NCBI GenBank assembly: GCA_964016885.1
Contig: OZ024742.1
Location: 190,154,001-190,218,000 of the forward strand
Length of the DNA stretch: 64,000 nt
DNA from: Eledone cirrhosa
Taxonomy: Eukaryota
Reading direction: 5' to 3'
In this document: positions 13,042 to 24,912 of the stretch, in pieces
Layout: each line of letters starts with the position of its first letter
Position numbering within the stretch: the first letter of the stretch is position 1
Notes under the pieces: model-generated
Database searches by the model: none
Seen by the model: only the letters and a program-made list of their open reading frames with translations
What the model was told of the DNA's origin: nothing
Position numbers and translations under genes: made by a program

Positions 13042-13110
13042 CGCGTCATTCAGTCTAGTAGTCGAACCCATGATCTTATGATTGTGAGTCCACATTAAGC
13101 CAGGAACCTA
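13039..13110 (-). mobile_element. 5' head fragment of a tRNA-derived SINE abutting the array
   Basis: Minus strand reads GGTTCGACT (B-box-like) then GACGCGTTATG, similar to GATGCGTTGTG in the SINE at 25385-25600. Confidence 0.5.
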
Positions 13111-13130
13111 CACAAAAAAAACAACTAAAG

Positions 13131-13321
13131 TAATAATTGTTTCTACTTTCGGCACAAGGCCAGCAATTACCTAGTGTATTACTGGTACTTTATTTTATCG
13201 ACCCCATAACGATGAAAGGCAAAGTTAACCTCGGCGGGATTTGAACTCAGAATGGCAAGGGCCGTAACTCTATGCGTCAAAGCATGACGTCCGACCCTCT
13301 ACCGATACTGCCAATCCACCG
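13131..13321 (-). mobile_element. tRNA-derived SINE (family S1)
   Basis: Minus strand: A box TGGCAGTATCGG, B box GAGTTCAAATCC, central GCCTTTCATC...GGGGTCGATAAAATAAAGTACCAG, ATT-rich tail. More than 10 related copies occur in the window. Confidence 0.9.
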
Positions 13322-13357
13322 AAGTAATACTAACATCCAGTAAAGGAAATAAGAAAT

Positions 13358-13510
13358 GGCCAATTGGAAAAGTCGTTAGAACATGGGATAGAATGTTTGC
13401 AGTATTGGTTCCGACTCGCTGCTCTTGAGTTCAAATCTCACCAAGGTCAACTTTGCCTGTTATCCATTTAAGATCGATAAAAAAGTACCAATGGAGTACT
13501 GGGGTCAATT
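13358..13510 (+). mobile_element. Diverged S1-related SINE
   Basis: GAGTTCAAATCTCACCAAGGTCAACTTTGCC...GATCGATAAAAAAGTACCA matches the S1 core. Confidence 0.75.
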
Positions 13511-13800
13511 CTTTCTCTATATCTCTTTCTCACTTCTAGTCTCTTATTCTCTCTATCCTTCTCTTGAAGAAATCTGCTGTAGTCAGACCGGGAAAAGAGA
13601 TGGGCTCCACCATTTTGCAAAATGCTCTAGAAAGGTCGTATGCCACTACAGCGCTCCTACGACGCCCTCGGGAGTTACGGGTCCATAAAGAAAAGAAAGA
13701 AAACAAACGATTGATTGTGGTGGCGGTGGTGAGACTCAAGCGCCTGCTACATTATTAAGAGACCTTGCAGTTTATTCTACTACGAGTCGACTTACACCGT

Positions 13801-14040
13801 TAATAATGGTTTTTGATTTAGGCAGGCACAAGGCCAGCATTTTTTTTTGGTGGGGGAGGGGAAGTCGATTAAATCGATCCCAGTGCGTTACTGGTACTTT
13901 ATTTTATCGAACCCGTAAGGATGAAAAGCAAAGTTAACTTCTGCGGGATATGAACTCAGGACATAAAGGGCCGTAACACTATGCCGCAAAGCATGTTGTC
14001 CGACTTTCTACTTCTACCGATACTGCCAATACCCCACCCT
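13801..14040 (-). mobile_element. S1 SINE
   Basis: Full A/B box, core and tail; flanked by ACANCGTTAATAATG direct repeats. Confidence 0.9.
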
Positions 14041-14050
14041 TGACATCGTT

Positions 14051-14270
14051 AATAATGGTTTCTTATATATGCACAAGGCCAGCAATGTTGGGGGAGTGGA
14101 AAGTCGATCGAATCGACCCCAGTGCATGAATCGTACTTTATTTTATCGACCCCGTAAGGATGAAAGGCAAAGTTAACCTCGGTGGGATTTGAATTCAGAT
14201 CATAAAGGGCCGTAACTCTACGCTGCAAAGCATGGCGTCCTACCCTCTACCAATACTACCAATCCACCGT
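14051..14270 (-). mobile_element. S1 SINE (tandem with the previous copy)
   Basis: Same motifs; flanked by the same 15-nt direct repeat. Confidence 0.9.
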
Positions 14271-14692
14271 TGACAGCGTTAATAATGACGACAATAACGT
14301 TGCAATTCAAGATTGGTATTCCTTATATCTTTGGAGTAGTGGATATCTAAAGAATTATACTAACTGCGAAGTTTGCGTTTTATTACATTAATGGTTTCCA
14401 CAAGAGAAACACTATACTTTATGTTGATTACTGACACGTGGAAGTAATTAAATATAAGAATGCTGTATGAATAATATATTTCTAGGATATAATTACATAA
14501 ACAATTACATAAATGTTCAGCATATATGTACAAATGACATACAGGTTTAAATGTATGAGTAACGTTGGAGAAATAACTAATTATAGGGACACATCTATTG
14601 ATTGGAAAGAGCACTTCTAGTTATAAAAACATAACTGGGATAGGGAATGTATTGTGTGTATGTGAGTCTATATTTGAGTGTGTCAGTTTTAA

Positions 14693-14694
<2 letters not shown>

Positions 14695-14769
<75 letters not shown>
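14695..14769. repeat. (CA)n microsatellite
   Basis: Read directly. Confidence 0.98.
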
Positions 14770-14774
<5 letters not shown>

Positions 14775-15028
14775 GTATATATATTTGCAGCATGACCTTC
14801 CCAAAGTATATATATATAACCTGCTTAGCTTGCTTTGCTTTTTCGGCTCCGTGGCCGATGACTTCGCGACTACTGTTTTCATTTTATCTGGCCCTTATAA
14901 CGTATGTTAATTGCTCTGGTCTTCTTTTGGTCCATTGAGTGCCTGCCGCATATCTCGAGGATTGCGTTTCGTTTTGTTTTTGGCCCCCGCCGGAATACGA
15001 TCTCGCTGAAATTATATATATATATATA

Positions 15029-15700
15029 TCACGAAACTACGTAGTCGGGGACTAAAGAAGCAGTTTGGGTATGATATATATTATTATTAATTATATCTAA
15101 TGTTTCTTCTCTCTTCATAATGTATTATATAGCTCTGATACTGAATCAATCTAATCCATTCGGATTAGTTTATCCCAGTTATTCATAGAGCAACATCGGT
15201 TGAGGTTCGTACCACTAACTCAAGGATATATATTCATGTATATGTATGTGTCCGCATGTATCTGTGTGTTTCTCTATATATTGTTTATAACTCCCTTTAG
15301 TCGAGGAACCTTTGAAGTGTAGTGACTGCTGGAAAGCTCCCATTACTCATACTTCTCACCACCTTAGCCACCTCTTCTACGGCTTTGATATAAGTAGCTC
15401 CTCCGCCTCCGTGGTACTTTTTCAGGGTTATAAGAGGCTTAGCTCTGTTTCTTGACCACTGTATCACGTGATTGACTCCCCCTCCGCCTTTCGGGATTCT
15501 ATCTCGCGTCCTACGGACGTGTTTTGAAACTCTTAATGAAACACTTGATAAGTCGGCAGACCTCACAATAATTCTATATCTCTGTGATGTAGTGTTTTTG
15601 CATAATATGCCATGAAACTACGTAGTCGGGGACTAAAGAAGCAGTTTGGGTATGATATATTTTATTATTAGTTATATCTAATGTTTCTTCTCTCTTCATA

Positions 15701-15701
<1 letters not shown>
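15029..15701 (+). repeat. ~90-bp direct repeat (15029-15121 and 15611-15701) with a hammerhead-like GAAACTACGTAGTC; possible Penelope-like partial tandem LTR
   Basis: Near-identical copies 582 bp apart, bounded by (TA)n. Confidence 0.55.
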
Positions 15702-15733
<32 letters not shown>

Positions 15734-15922
15734 TATAGTCAGTAGAATTGAAGTCAGTGTTGCAGCATATATACACATTTTTATTGGCATATTACAGTTA
15801 TTTCAATATCGATCATTTCAGGATACAATCAAAATGATGGAGCCCAACAATTCTTCGACACCATTGAGTACTTCGAACGGTGCACCGCCTGTAACTGTAG
15901 TTATACACCTAACACATGCCCT

Positions 15923-15996
<74 letters not shown>

Positions 15997-16018
15997 TATA
16001 TATATATATGTAATGTCA

Positions 16019-16216
16019 GGGTGGTAGATTGGAAAAACCGGTAGAGTGTCGGCGGTCAGAACGCTTTGTGTGTTCAAATCCTGCTGAGACTAACTTTACC
16101 GTTAAATCTTTCGGGTTGTATAAAGTTAAGGAACAATCAAGTACTGAGTCAAGATAATCGACTTCGCCTCTCCCCCAAATTGCTGGTCTTGTGCCAAAGC
16201 TAAAATAAATTATTAT
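16019..16216 (+). mobile_element. Diverged S1-related SINE
   Basis: GTGTTCAAATCC B box, core remnant, and GCTGGTCTTGTGCC...ATTATT tail. Confidence 0.7.
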
Positions 16217-16228
16217 TGTTAATTATTC

Positions 16229-16820
16229 TAGGTGGTATGGACGAATCATTGCAGGATGGTGAAAAAGTTCACTTCACAATCATTAGGTCCCGAGTTCGAT
16301 CCCACTGCGTGGCAACATGGGCAAGAAGTATATTATGTAGTTTTGGGTCAACCCAAGCCTTAGGTAGACAGAAACAGTTTGCACGTTGTCAGATGGACTG
16401 TACTTGTAATTCAAAAGATTAGCTTTGTCACATTGTATCACACTTAATTTCCCAGAGAATTTCGTTATGGTACACGTGTCTGTTGAATGCTAGGTCACAT
16501 ACGATTTAATTTAATGATTTCAGATTTAGGCATAAGGCCAATCATTTGGGGGGAAAGGGAAAGTCGATTAAATCGACCCCAGTGCATTATTGGTACTTCA
16601 TTTTATCGACCCCGTAAGGATGAAAGGCAAAGCTAACCTCGACAGGATTTGAACTCAAAACGTTAAGAGCCATAACTCTATGCTGCAAAGAATGGTGTCT
16701 GACGCTCTAACTATCTTGCGAATCCACCACCCTAACACACATACACATTAATTTAATGAGCAGACTTTTCCGTTCGTCTAACAACTGGAATATTGATCAT
16801 CGACACCGACGGATTCCCAA
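16229..16820 (+). mobile_element. Older tRNA-derived SINE interrupted by an S1 SINE
   Basis: GAGTTCGATCCC B box near 16293; the body resumes after the nested insertion, which has a TTAATTTAATGA duplication. Confidence 0.55.
16518..16731 (-). mobile_element. S1 SINE nested in an older SINE
   Basis: S1 motifs; TTAATTTAATGA at 16506-16517 and 16748-16759. Confidence 0.88.
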
Positions 16821-17258
16821 CGCTTCTACGTGGTAAAATCAGTAAGAGCACAATAGCTCAAGTAAAACGTAGAGACCAAATCGACATCATACAAATCTAT
16901 CATTTTGGTGAGAATACTCGAAGGTAACCCCTTTGATTTCCGTAATGTATGTAAGTATGTATGTATGTATGTATGTATGTATGTATGTATGTATGTATGT
17001 ATGTATGATTATATGTATATGTGTGTGTATGTATATATGTATGCTTGTACTTATGTATGAATGTTTGTATGTTTGTATGCATAAATACACAAGGGTTTTT
17101 TTGAGTGTCCATTAAAAAAATATGTTGTATATGGCATCGCATGATATCACCACTATTATAAAATATATATTTTATATTTATTATAGATTTTTCTTGATAT
17201 AGTGGTATCGTTATATATATATATACAGTATATACATATATATATATATATGTGTGTG

Positions 17259-17311
17259 TGCCGGACTGATATAAACATGTTACTTCGTAACATGTTTATA
17301 TCAGTCCGGCA
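17259..17311. repeat. Perfect 25-bp-stem hairpin (loop TTC)
   Basis: TGCCGGACTGATATAAACATGTTAC-TTC-GTAACATGTTTATATCAGTCCGGCA. Confidence 0.95.
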
Positions 17312-17332
17312 GCTTAGGCAGCACAACAATTC

Positions 17333-17523
17333 TATAATATTTGTTTCTACTTTTGGCACAAGGCCAGCAATTACCCAGTGCGTGACTGGTACTTTATTTT
17401 ATCGACCCCGTAAGGATGAAAGTCAAAGTTAACCTCGGCGGGATTTGAACTCAGAATGGCAAGGGCCGTAACTCTATGCTAGAAAGCATGGCGTCCGACC
17501 CTCTACTGAAACTGCCAATCCAC
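17333..17523 (-). mobile_element. S1 SINE
   Basis: Same A/B box, core and tail motifs. Confidence 0.9.
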
Positions 17524-17569
17524 TATTTTCGGCACAGGGCCAGTAATCTTGGCGAAAGGAAAGTTAATT

Positions 17570-20480
17570 ATATAATAATAATAATGAAAATATTGTGTAC
17601 AGTGCTCAGGTGCACTACAACTCATCAAAAGTGTAAGTATAGTACGTAGGGCAATGTACAAACGTCAGAAAAATGAACAGTGCATGCATGAGTCATGATA
17701 TACACATGTGTGGTAGTTTTGCCAAATTCGCCAAAACTACATCAGGTGCAGTTTTGGCGAATTTCGGGAAGCATGAGGGTTTTAAAGGATGCAGTGTCTC
17801 GGCAGCTAACAACTGACGCAGGCAGTTCCATCCTTCAGCAACTCTAAGCGGGAAAAAATGTTTCCGAAAGTCACGGGAGCTGTGCTGTTTTCTGACTTTG
17901 TAGGCATGTCCACGTGTGTTAGACACATGGAGATCAAAAAGGTGCTCAGGGTTGTTGTTGGCGAGATCGTTAATAACTTTGTTATTAACCAAGTCCATTG
18001 CCAGACGTCGGAGCTTCAATGAATCCATGCCCAGGGAAGTAAGGTGTTCAGAGTATGGTAGGTGTCTGATGGAGGGTATGCGCTTTGTTGCACGTCTCTG
18101 AACAGTTTCCAGGAGGTCAATGTTCTGAGCAAGATAGGGGTTCCAGACTGATGATGCGAATTCCAAGTGTGGTCGTACTATAGCTGTAACCAGCTTTAAA
18201 TAGATGGCTGGAGAGCGGCTAACAAAGGTCTTCGTGAGTGATGCCAAGACACCATCGGCCTTCTTGACAATTTTAGAGATGTGCTATGTCCGACGCAAAT
18301 CACTGCTGACGGTAAGCCCAGGTCACGTTCACAAGAGGACTTCTTGATATCAGTGTTGTGGAGGGAGTATGTGGACACTGGATTTTTCCTCCCAAAATGC
18401 ATGGTGGTACACTTGTTCACAGCCAGCTTCAGTTGCCAGTCTGTGATCCATTGCTGCATTGTGTCCAGGTCTGATTGTAGGAAAGAGTTATAGATTTCAG
18501 GATCTGTCCTTTTGATTTCAGGCTACAGCTTGATGTCATGTGCATATTTCAGTACTGTGGCATTCTTTAAGTTGGCATCTATATCGTTAATGTATGCAAC
18601 AGACAAAAGGGGACCAAAAACAGATCCATGTGGTACACCAGATGACATCTCATATGGTGAAGAATGCTGTCCTAGAACCGTGACTACCTCTTTTCGGCTG
18701 AGAATGAAGGATTTCAACCAGTTAAAAAGATTGCAGAGAGTTTCGCCATAAGTCTTTTGTGTGGCACAGAATTAAAAGCCTTGGCGAAGTCAAGGTAAAC
18801 AACATCCACCCACGAGCCGCTGTCAGTGATCCGGGTAATGTCTTCAAGGAACTCGATAAGCTGATCACAGCAGCTGGAGTTAGGGATAAATCCAAATTGC
18901 GAAGGCTCGATGAGGCTGTGAGAGCTCCAGAAGTTCCAAAGTGTTTCTCTGACACAGGATTCCATCAGTTTGGCAATACAGCTAGTAACACTGACCGGAA
19001 AATAGTTGACAGGTGACGTGAGCTCGTCCTTTTTGATCAGGGGTATGACACTGGCAGTTTTCCACTGCTCCGGAGTAGCACCATTGTTGAGACAGTATTG
19101 AAAGAAGAAAGAAAGCTGGTGCAAAAGGAAGTACACGCCACGTTTGAGAAGCAGGTATGTAGTACCATCAACAAGACCAGGGGAGGCATAGTTGCGCTTA
19201 TTCTTAAGGTGATGTCGCAGCATTGAAGGTGTAAATTCCATAGTTGTTATGGAATTTGATGTTAGAGATGGTGGAGATGGTACATTCTGGTTTTCAACAG
19301 TAAAAATGCTTGCATAGCACTCAGCAATGAGTTCTGCGCATTCTTTGGGATCGTCAGTGATCTGGCTTGTGTGGGGATTGCGAGGAGGACCAACTGGAGA
19401 GTGAGGTCTCTGCTTTGAATGTACATATTTCCAGAACACCTTACTGTCAGGATTGGTTGCTATGCACTGTTCAAATTCAAGCACTGCCTTTTTTGTCACT
19501 TGCTTGAGATGGTTGGAAGATTTATTCCGCTTTTTTCTGTTGGCATCTAATTTATGCAGTTTATATTCCCGTTTAGCATTCCGACGTTCTTTCCTGGCAA
19601 GTCGGACCGCTGAAGTTTCCCTAATTGCACTTTTGGGGTGGTCTTTTTTCTGCTTACGTGGCACTGATGCTGCACACGCTATCCATATTGAGTCCAGGAG
19701 GCTCTGGAGTATAGTGTTCACATCTCCAGAGTTATAGAATCATGCCAGTTTGGGCGCTGTAGCTCAGTGCAGTACAAGTTCCAATCTGCTTTTTTCCAAT
19801 CAAAGCAAGCAGATTGGAGATGGTTCTGGTTTTTGTTGCTGCTCGCAAGAGCCAGATTGGCGATGATCATAGCATGATCAGAGTCGCCTAGAGGTTCCTC
19901 AGTAGTACAACTGATAACCACTTCAGGATTAGTGGTGAAGATCAGGTCCAAAGTGTTGTCACCTCTTGTTGGAGAGGTGACTACTTGTGACCAGTTTGTG
20001 GCCAACGAAAGGTTTTCCAATCGCTCTCAGGATGATTGAAGTCACCTGCAATAAACACATACCGGTAAGTGGCTGTTTTCCTGGCAGCAGCTCTGAGGAT
20101 ATCGCAAAGCTGTGTGTCCTGATAGTAGTTTGGGAGCGATAAACAACACCAAACAGAAGTATTGACATGGTCATACGTATGTCAGAAAAAAACTTCTTGT
20201 GATTCGTTCAAATCAACGCAAGGAATTACCGAAAAATATTTGAACGAACGTAGACCATCACACCACCACCACGGCGATTAATGCGGTCCTTGCGGAACAG
20301 GCTGTACCCAGTAATGCTGAAAACCCATCACAGAGTAAGGAATGTGCCCATGTTTCCGTGACTGATGAAGTCAGGGTCGATGCTTCTGACGTAGGAGTTA
20401 AACAGATGTATCTTGTTGCATAAACTGCGAGCATTTAAGGACAATAATTTGTACCCTGCTTGCAGTTTTTGATGGTGTGA
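17570..20480 (-). mobile_element. Decayed CR1/L2-group LINE: ORF2 (APE endonuclease + reverse transcriptase) with frameshifts and a (TTA)n tail
   Basis: Minus strand gives SLNARSLCNK and VTETW (APE start), TRGDNTLDLIF/SDH, QFGFIPNSSC, VDVVYLDFAKAFNSVPH, SGVPHGSVFGPLL, YAHDIKL (degenerate YADD) and LETVQRRATK...LKLRRL. Confidence 0.92.
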
Positions 20481-20959
20481 AGAGGATGGCAGGTTGTTCT
20501 GGTTTAGTTTCCCAGTGTTGTTGCAGTTTTTTCATTGCCAGTTATTGTGGGTAGAACGCATTCAGACCAGCTTATATCTCTCTTCCACGTTTCACCAGCC
20601 TTAACAAACCTCCAGATCTGCCCATCATCACGCAGACTAAAATGTTCATGTTGTGCTGAGTTCCGATTCAAGGAAGCTGCAGCACGTACCTAGCTTTGGA
20701 CGTACATCAGGTGGTAGGCCTGGCGTGTTCGGAAGGTAATCCGATTTTCACGCCCAGCTTTAACAGAGGCCAGATGATATGAAATTGCCTGGTACTTTAT
20801 TTCCTCGACCTAGAATATATGAAAGGACAAGTTCACACCGGAACAATTACTATTTCTTCCGACGCTCTAATGATTCTGCCAATTCAGCACCTTAACGGTT
20901 TCTAATTTTCTAAGAGCCAGAAAAAATACCTCAAGGTAATTTTTCCAAACAGTATCTTG

Positions 20960-21790
20960 ATAATAATAATAATTACTTCTGATTTAGGCACAAGACCAGC
21001 AATTTTATAAATTATTACTCCTGAATTGGCAGTATCGGTAGACGGTTGGACGCCATGCTTTCTAGCATAGTTACGTCCCTTTACAGTCTGAGTTCAAATT
21101 TTATCGACCCCGTAAGGATGAAAGGCAAAGTTAACCTCGGCGGGATTTGAACTCAGATCATAAAGGGCCGTAACTCTATGCTGCAAAGCATGGCGTCCGA
21201 CCCTCTACCGATACTGCCAATCCACCGCCAAATGATAATAATAATGGTTTCTGATAGAGACACAAGACCAACAATTTGGGGGGACGGGAAAATTGATTAA
21301 ATCGACCCCAGTACCTTACTGGAACTTTATTTCATCTACCCTGTAAGGATGAAAAGCAAAGTTAACCGCGACGGGATTTGAACTCAGAACGTAATTATAA
21401 TTGTTTCTACTTTTGGCACAAGGCCAGCAATTATCCCAGTACATTACTGGTACTTTGTTTTATCGACCCCGTAATTACCCAGTGCATTACCGGTGCTTTA
21501 TTTTATCGACCCCATGGCAGGATTTGAACTCATAACATAAAGTGCTATAACTCTATGCTGCAAAGCATGGTGTCAAACGCTCTTCCGATTCTGCTAATCC
21601 ATCGCCCGTCAGAACCTAATAATAATAATTGTTTCTACTTTTGGCACAAGACCAGCAATTACCCAGTGCATTACTGGTACTTTATTTTATCGACCTCGTA
21701 AGGATGAAAGGCAAAGTTAACCTCGGTGGGATTTGATCTCAGAATGGCAAGGGCCGTAACTCTATGCGTCAAAGCATGGTGTCCGACCCT
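20960..21790 (-). mobile_element. Cluster of at least 4 S1 SINE copies or fragments, including one inverted head (21021-21099, plus)
   Basis: Repeated GGCACAAGNCCAGCAATT, TTATCGACCCC and GGATTTGAACTC motifs separated by TAATAAT. Confidence 0.88.
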
Positions 21791-22376
21791 TACATTGTCA
21801 CGTGATAATCATTTTTTTTTTTTTTGAAAGAGTCAAAGAGCGGGTTTTCCATATTATACCTTTTACTGTACAATTTGGAAACCAACTAAGAATTTGACAT
21901 AACCAGGCTTTTATTTATAAATCTACCACCTTACACAGTATGAAATAATTGTTCAGAAACCAACCCCTTTCTCTAATATACACACACCCAGCCAGAGGAA
22001 GGCTTTTTAGATTTTGGTTTGAATTTGAATTTGAATTTTCTTTAGTTGGGTAATTACATTTTGTGGTGTGTATATTTTTGTGTAAGTTTAGGCTTGTTGT
22101 TTATGGTTATTGCGTAGGGTTGTGTAAGAACATATGCATACGTGCAAATATATATAAGTTTATACGCATTCATTCATACGTTTCCAAATTACAAAATTAT
22201 GACTAATTAAAAATGTGTGTATGTTATTTAGAAATATCACTAATTAAGAATGTATGTGTGTGTGTATGCGTGTGTTTGCATGTGCGTGTGTGTGTGTTTG
22301 TGTGTGTGTGTATACACAAACATATATTCTTACACCAATATATATACGTATGCATATCTCTCACTCCTCACTCTTT

Positions 22377-22427
<51 letters not shown>

Positions 22428-22457
22428 TATATACATGCATCCCTCTTACTCTTTTCA

Positions 22458-22488
<31 letters not shown>

Positions 22489-22889
22489 TTTTCAAAGCAT
22501 AAAAAGAATTTCCTCTAATTAGTGCATGTGATCTAGAAAAACACACTTACGGCTTCAAATACGCACAATATACCTTTCGTGTATACGTAAAATATCATGT
22601 CGTTAGATAAGAATTTTATTGGTTTCTCGTGCACAACAGAAACGCACACACGCACTGACAAACATACACATATGCAAACACATACACACGCACACACACA
22701 AACTGATACATAAAAAAAACATATACACAAACATGACCTCCACCCGTCTAACCATTTACAAGCAAGCAAATGTTAATACGTAACGCAAAAATACACACCT
22801 ATAATCATATTTAAATGTACATTCACACACGTACACACACACCTACACACACACACATACACACACACATATGTATATATGTACATGCT

Positions 22890-24350
22890 TGAACGAATTG
22901 TTAGGAAAAGTCTAATCCAAGAACCTGTTGAATCGTCCAATAAAATAAAACTGCCCTGATGCCATCGCTGAGACCCTGTGAGGATTCAATACTGGGCGGG
23001 GTACTATGGACATGATCTCAGCCCATCAACTTATGGAGACGTGTTTTGAGCGACCAGTATATTGTACCAATAATTTATGGCCTTTACTAATGCCTTCGAT
23101 ACTATTAATCGCAGTGCATTGTGTGTCATATTGGGTAAACTTTGATGCCCCCTGAAATTGTTGGAATATTTAAAATCTCCATCAAAACATGATAGTAATA
23201 GTGAAGGCTCTTCGAGCGCATCCTCTTTACCATCATCCGGGGAAACGCCTTCTCCATTCTGTCCGCCAGGGCAGTGGGGCGGCCAGCACATGGGACCCCA
23301 TTTACTCACTATATGGGGAGGGCGAGAGAGATGGGGGCTCTTCCGTTTTCGGACATATTGCACATGTCATGTGGATCATGTGATAATTTCATTTTCCACA
23401 AAATTTATCTAATATATTTTCCAAACAACTGCAGTGTTCACTTGAAGTCACTCTAATCGTCTTGGTTTGGGACACTTTCAGAGCCAATTTCAGTGGAAAA
23501 CGGTGTCAAGCAGGATGACATACCTGTACTTACGCTGTTCTCCGTCTATGTTGCTGTGCTGCTGGCATATGCCTTCCAAGACTTCGTACTCGGTATATAC
23601 TGGCAAAGTCTTCAATCTTTTTAACACCATGTCTAAAATATTTGGCACAATTGTCAGGGAGTTCCTGTATACTGTTGATGCAAAGTTTGTAGCACACACT
23701 ATAGAAGACATGCAGTTTATATTGGACACCCTCTCCAATGCACGCACAGTGTTTGGGCTAAATATTAGCATAAAAAATACCAGTTAGGAAAGTGTATGTG
23801 GGGCCAAACATTTTCATGACAGGAAAACGACTTGAAGTGGGAGACATTTTTGTATATTTCGGAAGTACATTTAGTAAATACTGTGTTCTTCCAGCCCTGC
23901 TATACGGGTGCAAAATCTGAACAACTTACACTCATCGCATTAGGTAGCTAGAAAAGCTTCATCAGCATTGTATTTGACATATACTGAACATCATGTGGTC
24001 TTCTTACACGCCTGATGTTGCTGTACATGTGAAAGTGGGCAGTACCAGTATTGAGAGGAGGATTATTATGAACGAGATGCGTTGGTCATGATGGAGAATG
24101 GAAGGCTGCCTAAAGAATTATTTTATGGGGAGCTGACCAGAGGAAAAAGGTCACCTCATAATTCAAAGAAGTTGTTTAGGGATGTCATAAAAGATAATTT
24201 TGAAGCTCTGAAGGTTGATATAGAGAACTGGGAGACGTTGGCTGAAAGCCGTACAGCAAGGAGAATGATCAAGTATGGTTGTGAAGTTTTTGAGGAAAAA
24301 TGAGTGGAGCATGCTGTTTTAAGGCACTCACTACCTCAGCGGGACCTAAG
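22890..24350 (+). mobile_element. Decayed RTE-clade LINE reverse-transcriptase fragment, with an unrelated insertion at ~23210-23455
   Basis: Remnant peptides GFNTGRGTMDMI, AFDTINRSAL, EPISVENGVKQ, EFLYTVDAKFVAH, PALLYGC and MENGRLPKELFYGEL, typical of RTE ORF2. Confidence 0.8.
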
Positions 24351-24728
24351 TGCAGTGCCTGTAAAAATCGTGCAGTAATGTATGTGGCCGATTTTCTCAA
24401 AGTTACGCGAATCAGGAAGAAATCGAGTCACTTGTAAGATGGTTTTAACGCCACGCTCTCCGCGCTACATTTACAATGAGTTTGGCTTAATTTGCAAGTG
24501 AGCTGGTGGACTGAGCAGACATGGTAGAATGCATGAAGATACCTTAAATAGGTAAATACCAATTTTATGTATAAATATATATATCCTAATGACTTCTTTT
24601 GACTGGAACAGTTCAAGTTATGTAGAAGCCATGTCTATATCAAACTTGATGTTTACACTTTACTAATGTATTCAGTACCTTACTAACTGTGGTTACCCCC
24701 GATTGAACCCGGGACTCATATATATATA

Positions 24729-24788
<60 letters not shown>

Positions 24789-24869
24789 AAAGGTAAACAG
24801 AAATAACAACACAATTGGTACAGTATATGGAAGGAATATATTAGGTTAACGCTTGAAATAGCAGGAAGA

Positions 24870-24912
24870 GGGTCTTAAAGTTTCGGACGATAGTCCTTCA
24901 TCAGAAGAAAGA
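24870..24912 (-). ncRNA. Minimal type I hammerhead motif (Penelope-like LTR remnant)
   Basis: Minus strand CTGATGA-AGGAC-TATC-GTCC-GAAAC; helices I and III are weak. Confidence 0.6.

Noticed and set aside
15297-15566. 89-aa minus-strand ORF as a host exon
   Set aside because: No recognisable domain, a GTG start, and it lies between LTR-like direct repeats.
17570-17700. CR1/L2-group LINE as the mobilising partner of the S1 SINE
   Set aside because: Both have ATT-type tails, but their 3' terminal sequences do not match.
13131-21790. tRNA genes from A/B box motifs
   Set aside because: The boxes are widely spaced, lack a cloverleaf, and are attached to repeated cores and tails, so they are SINE heads.
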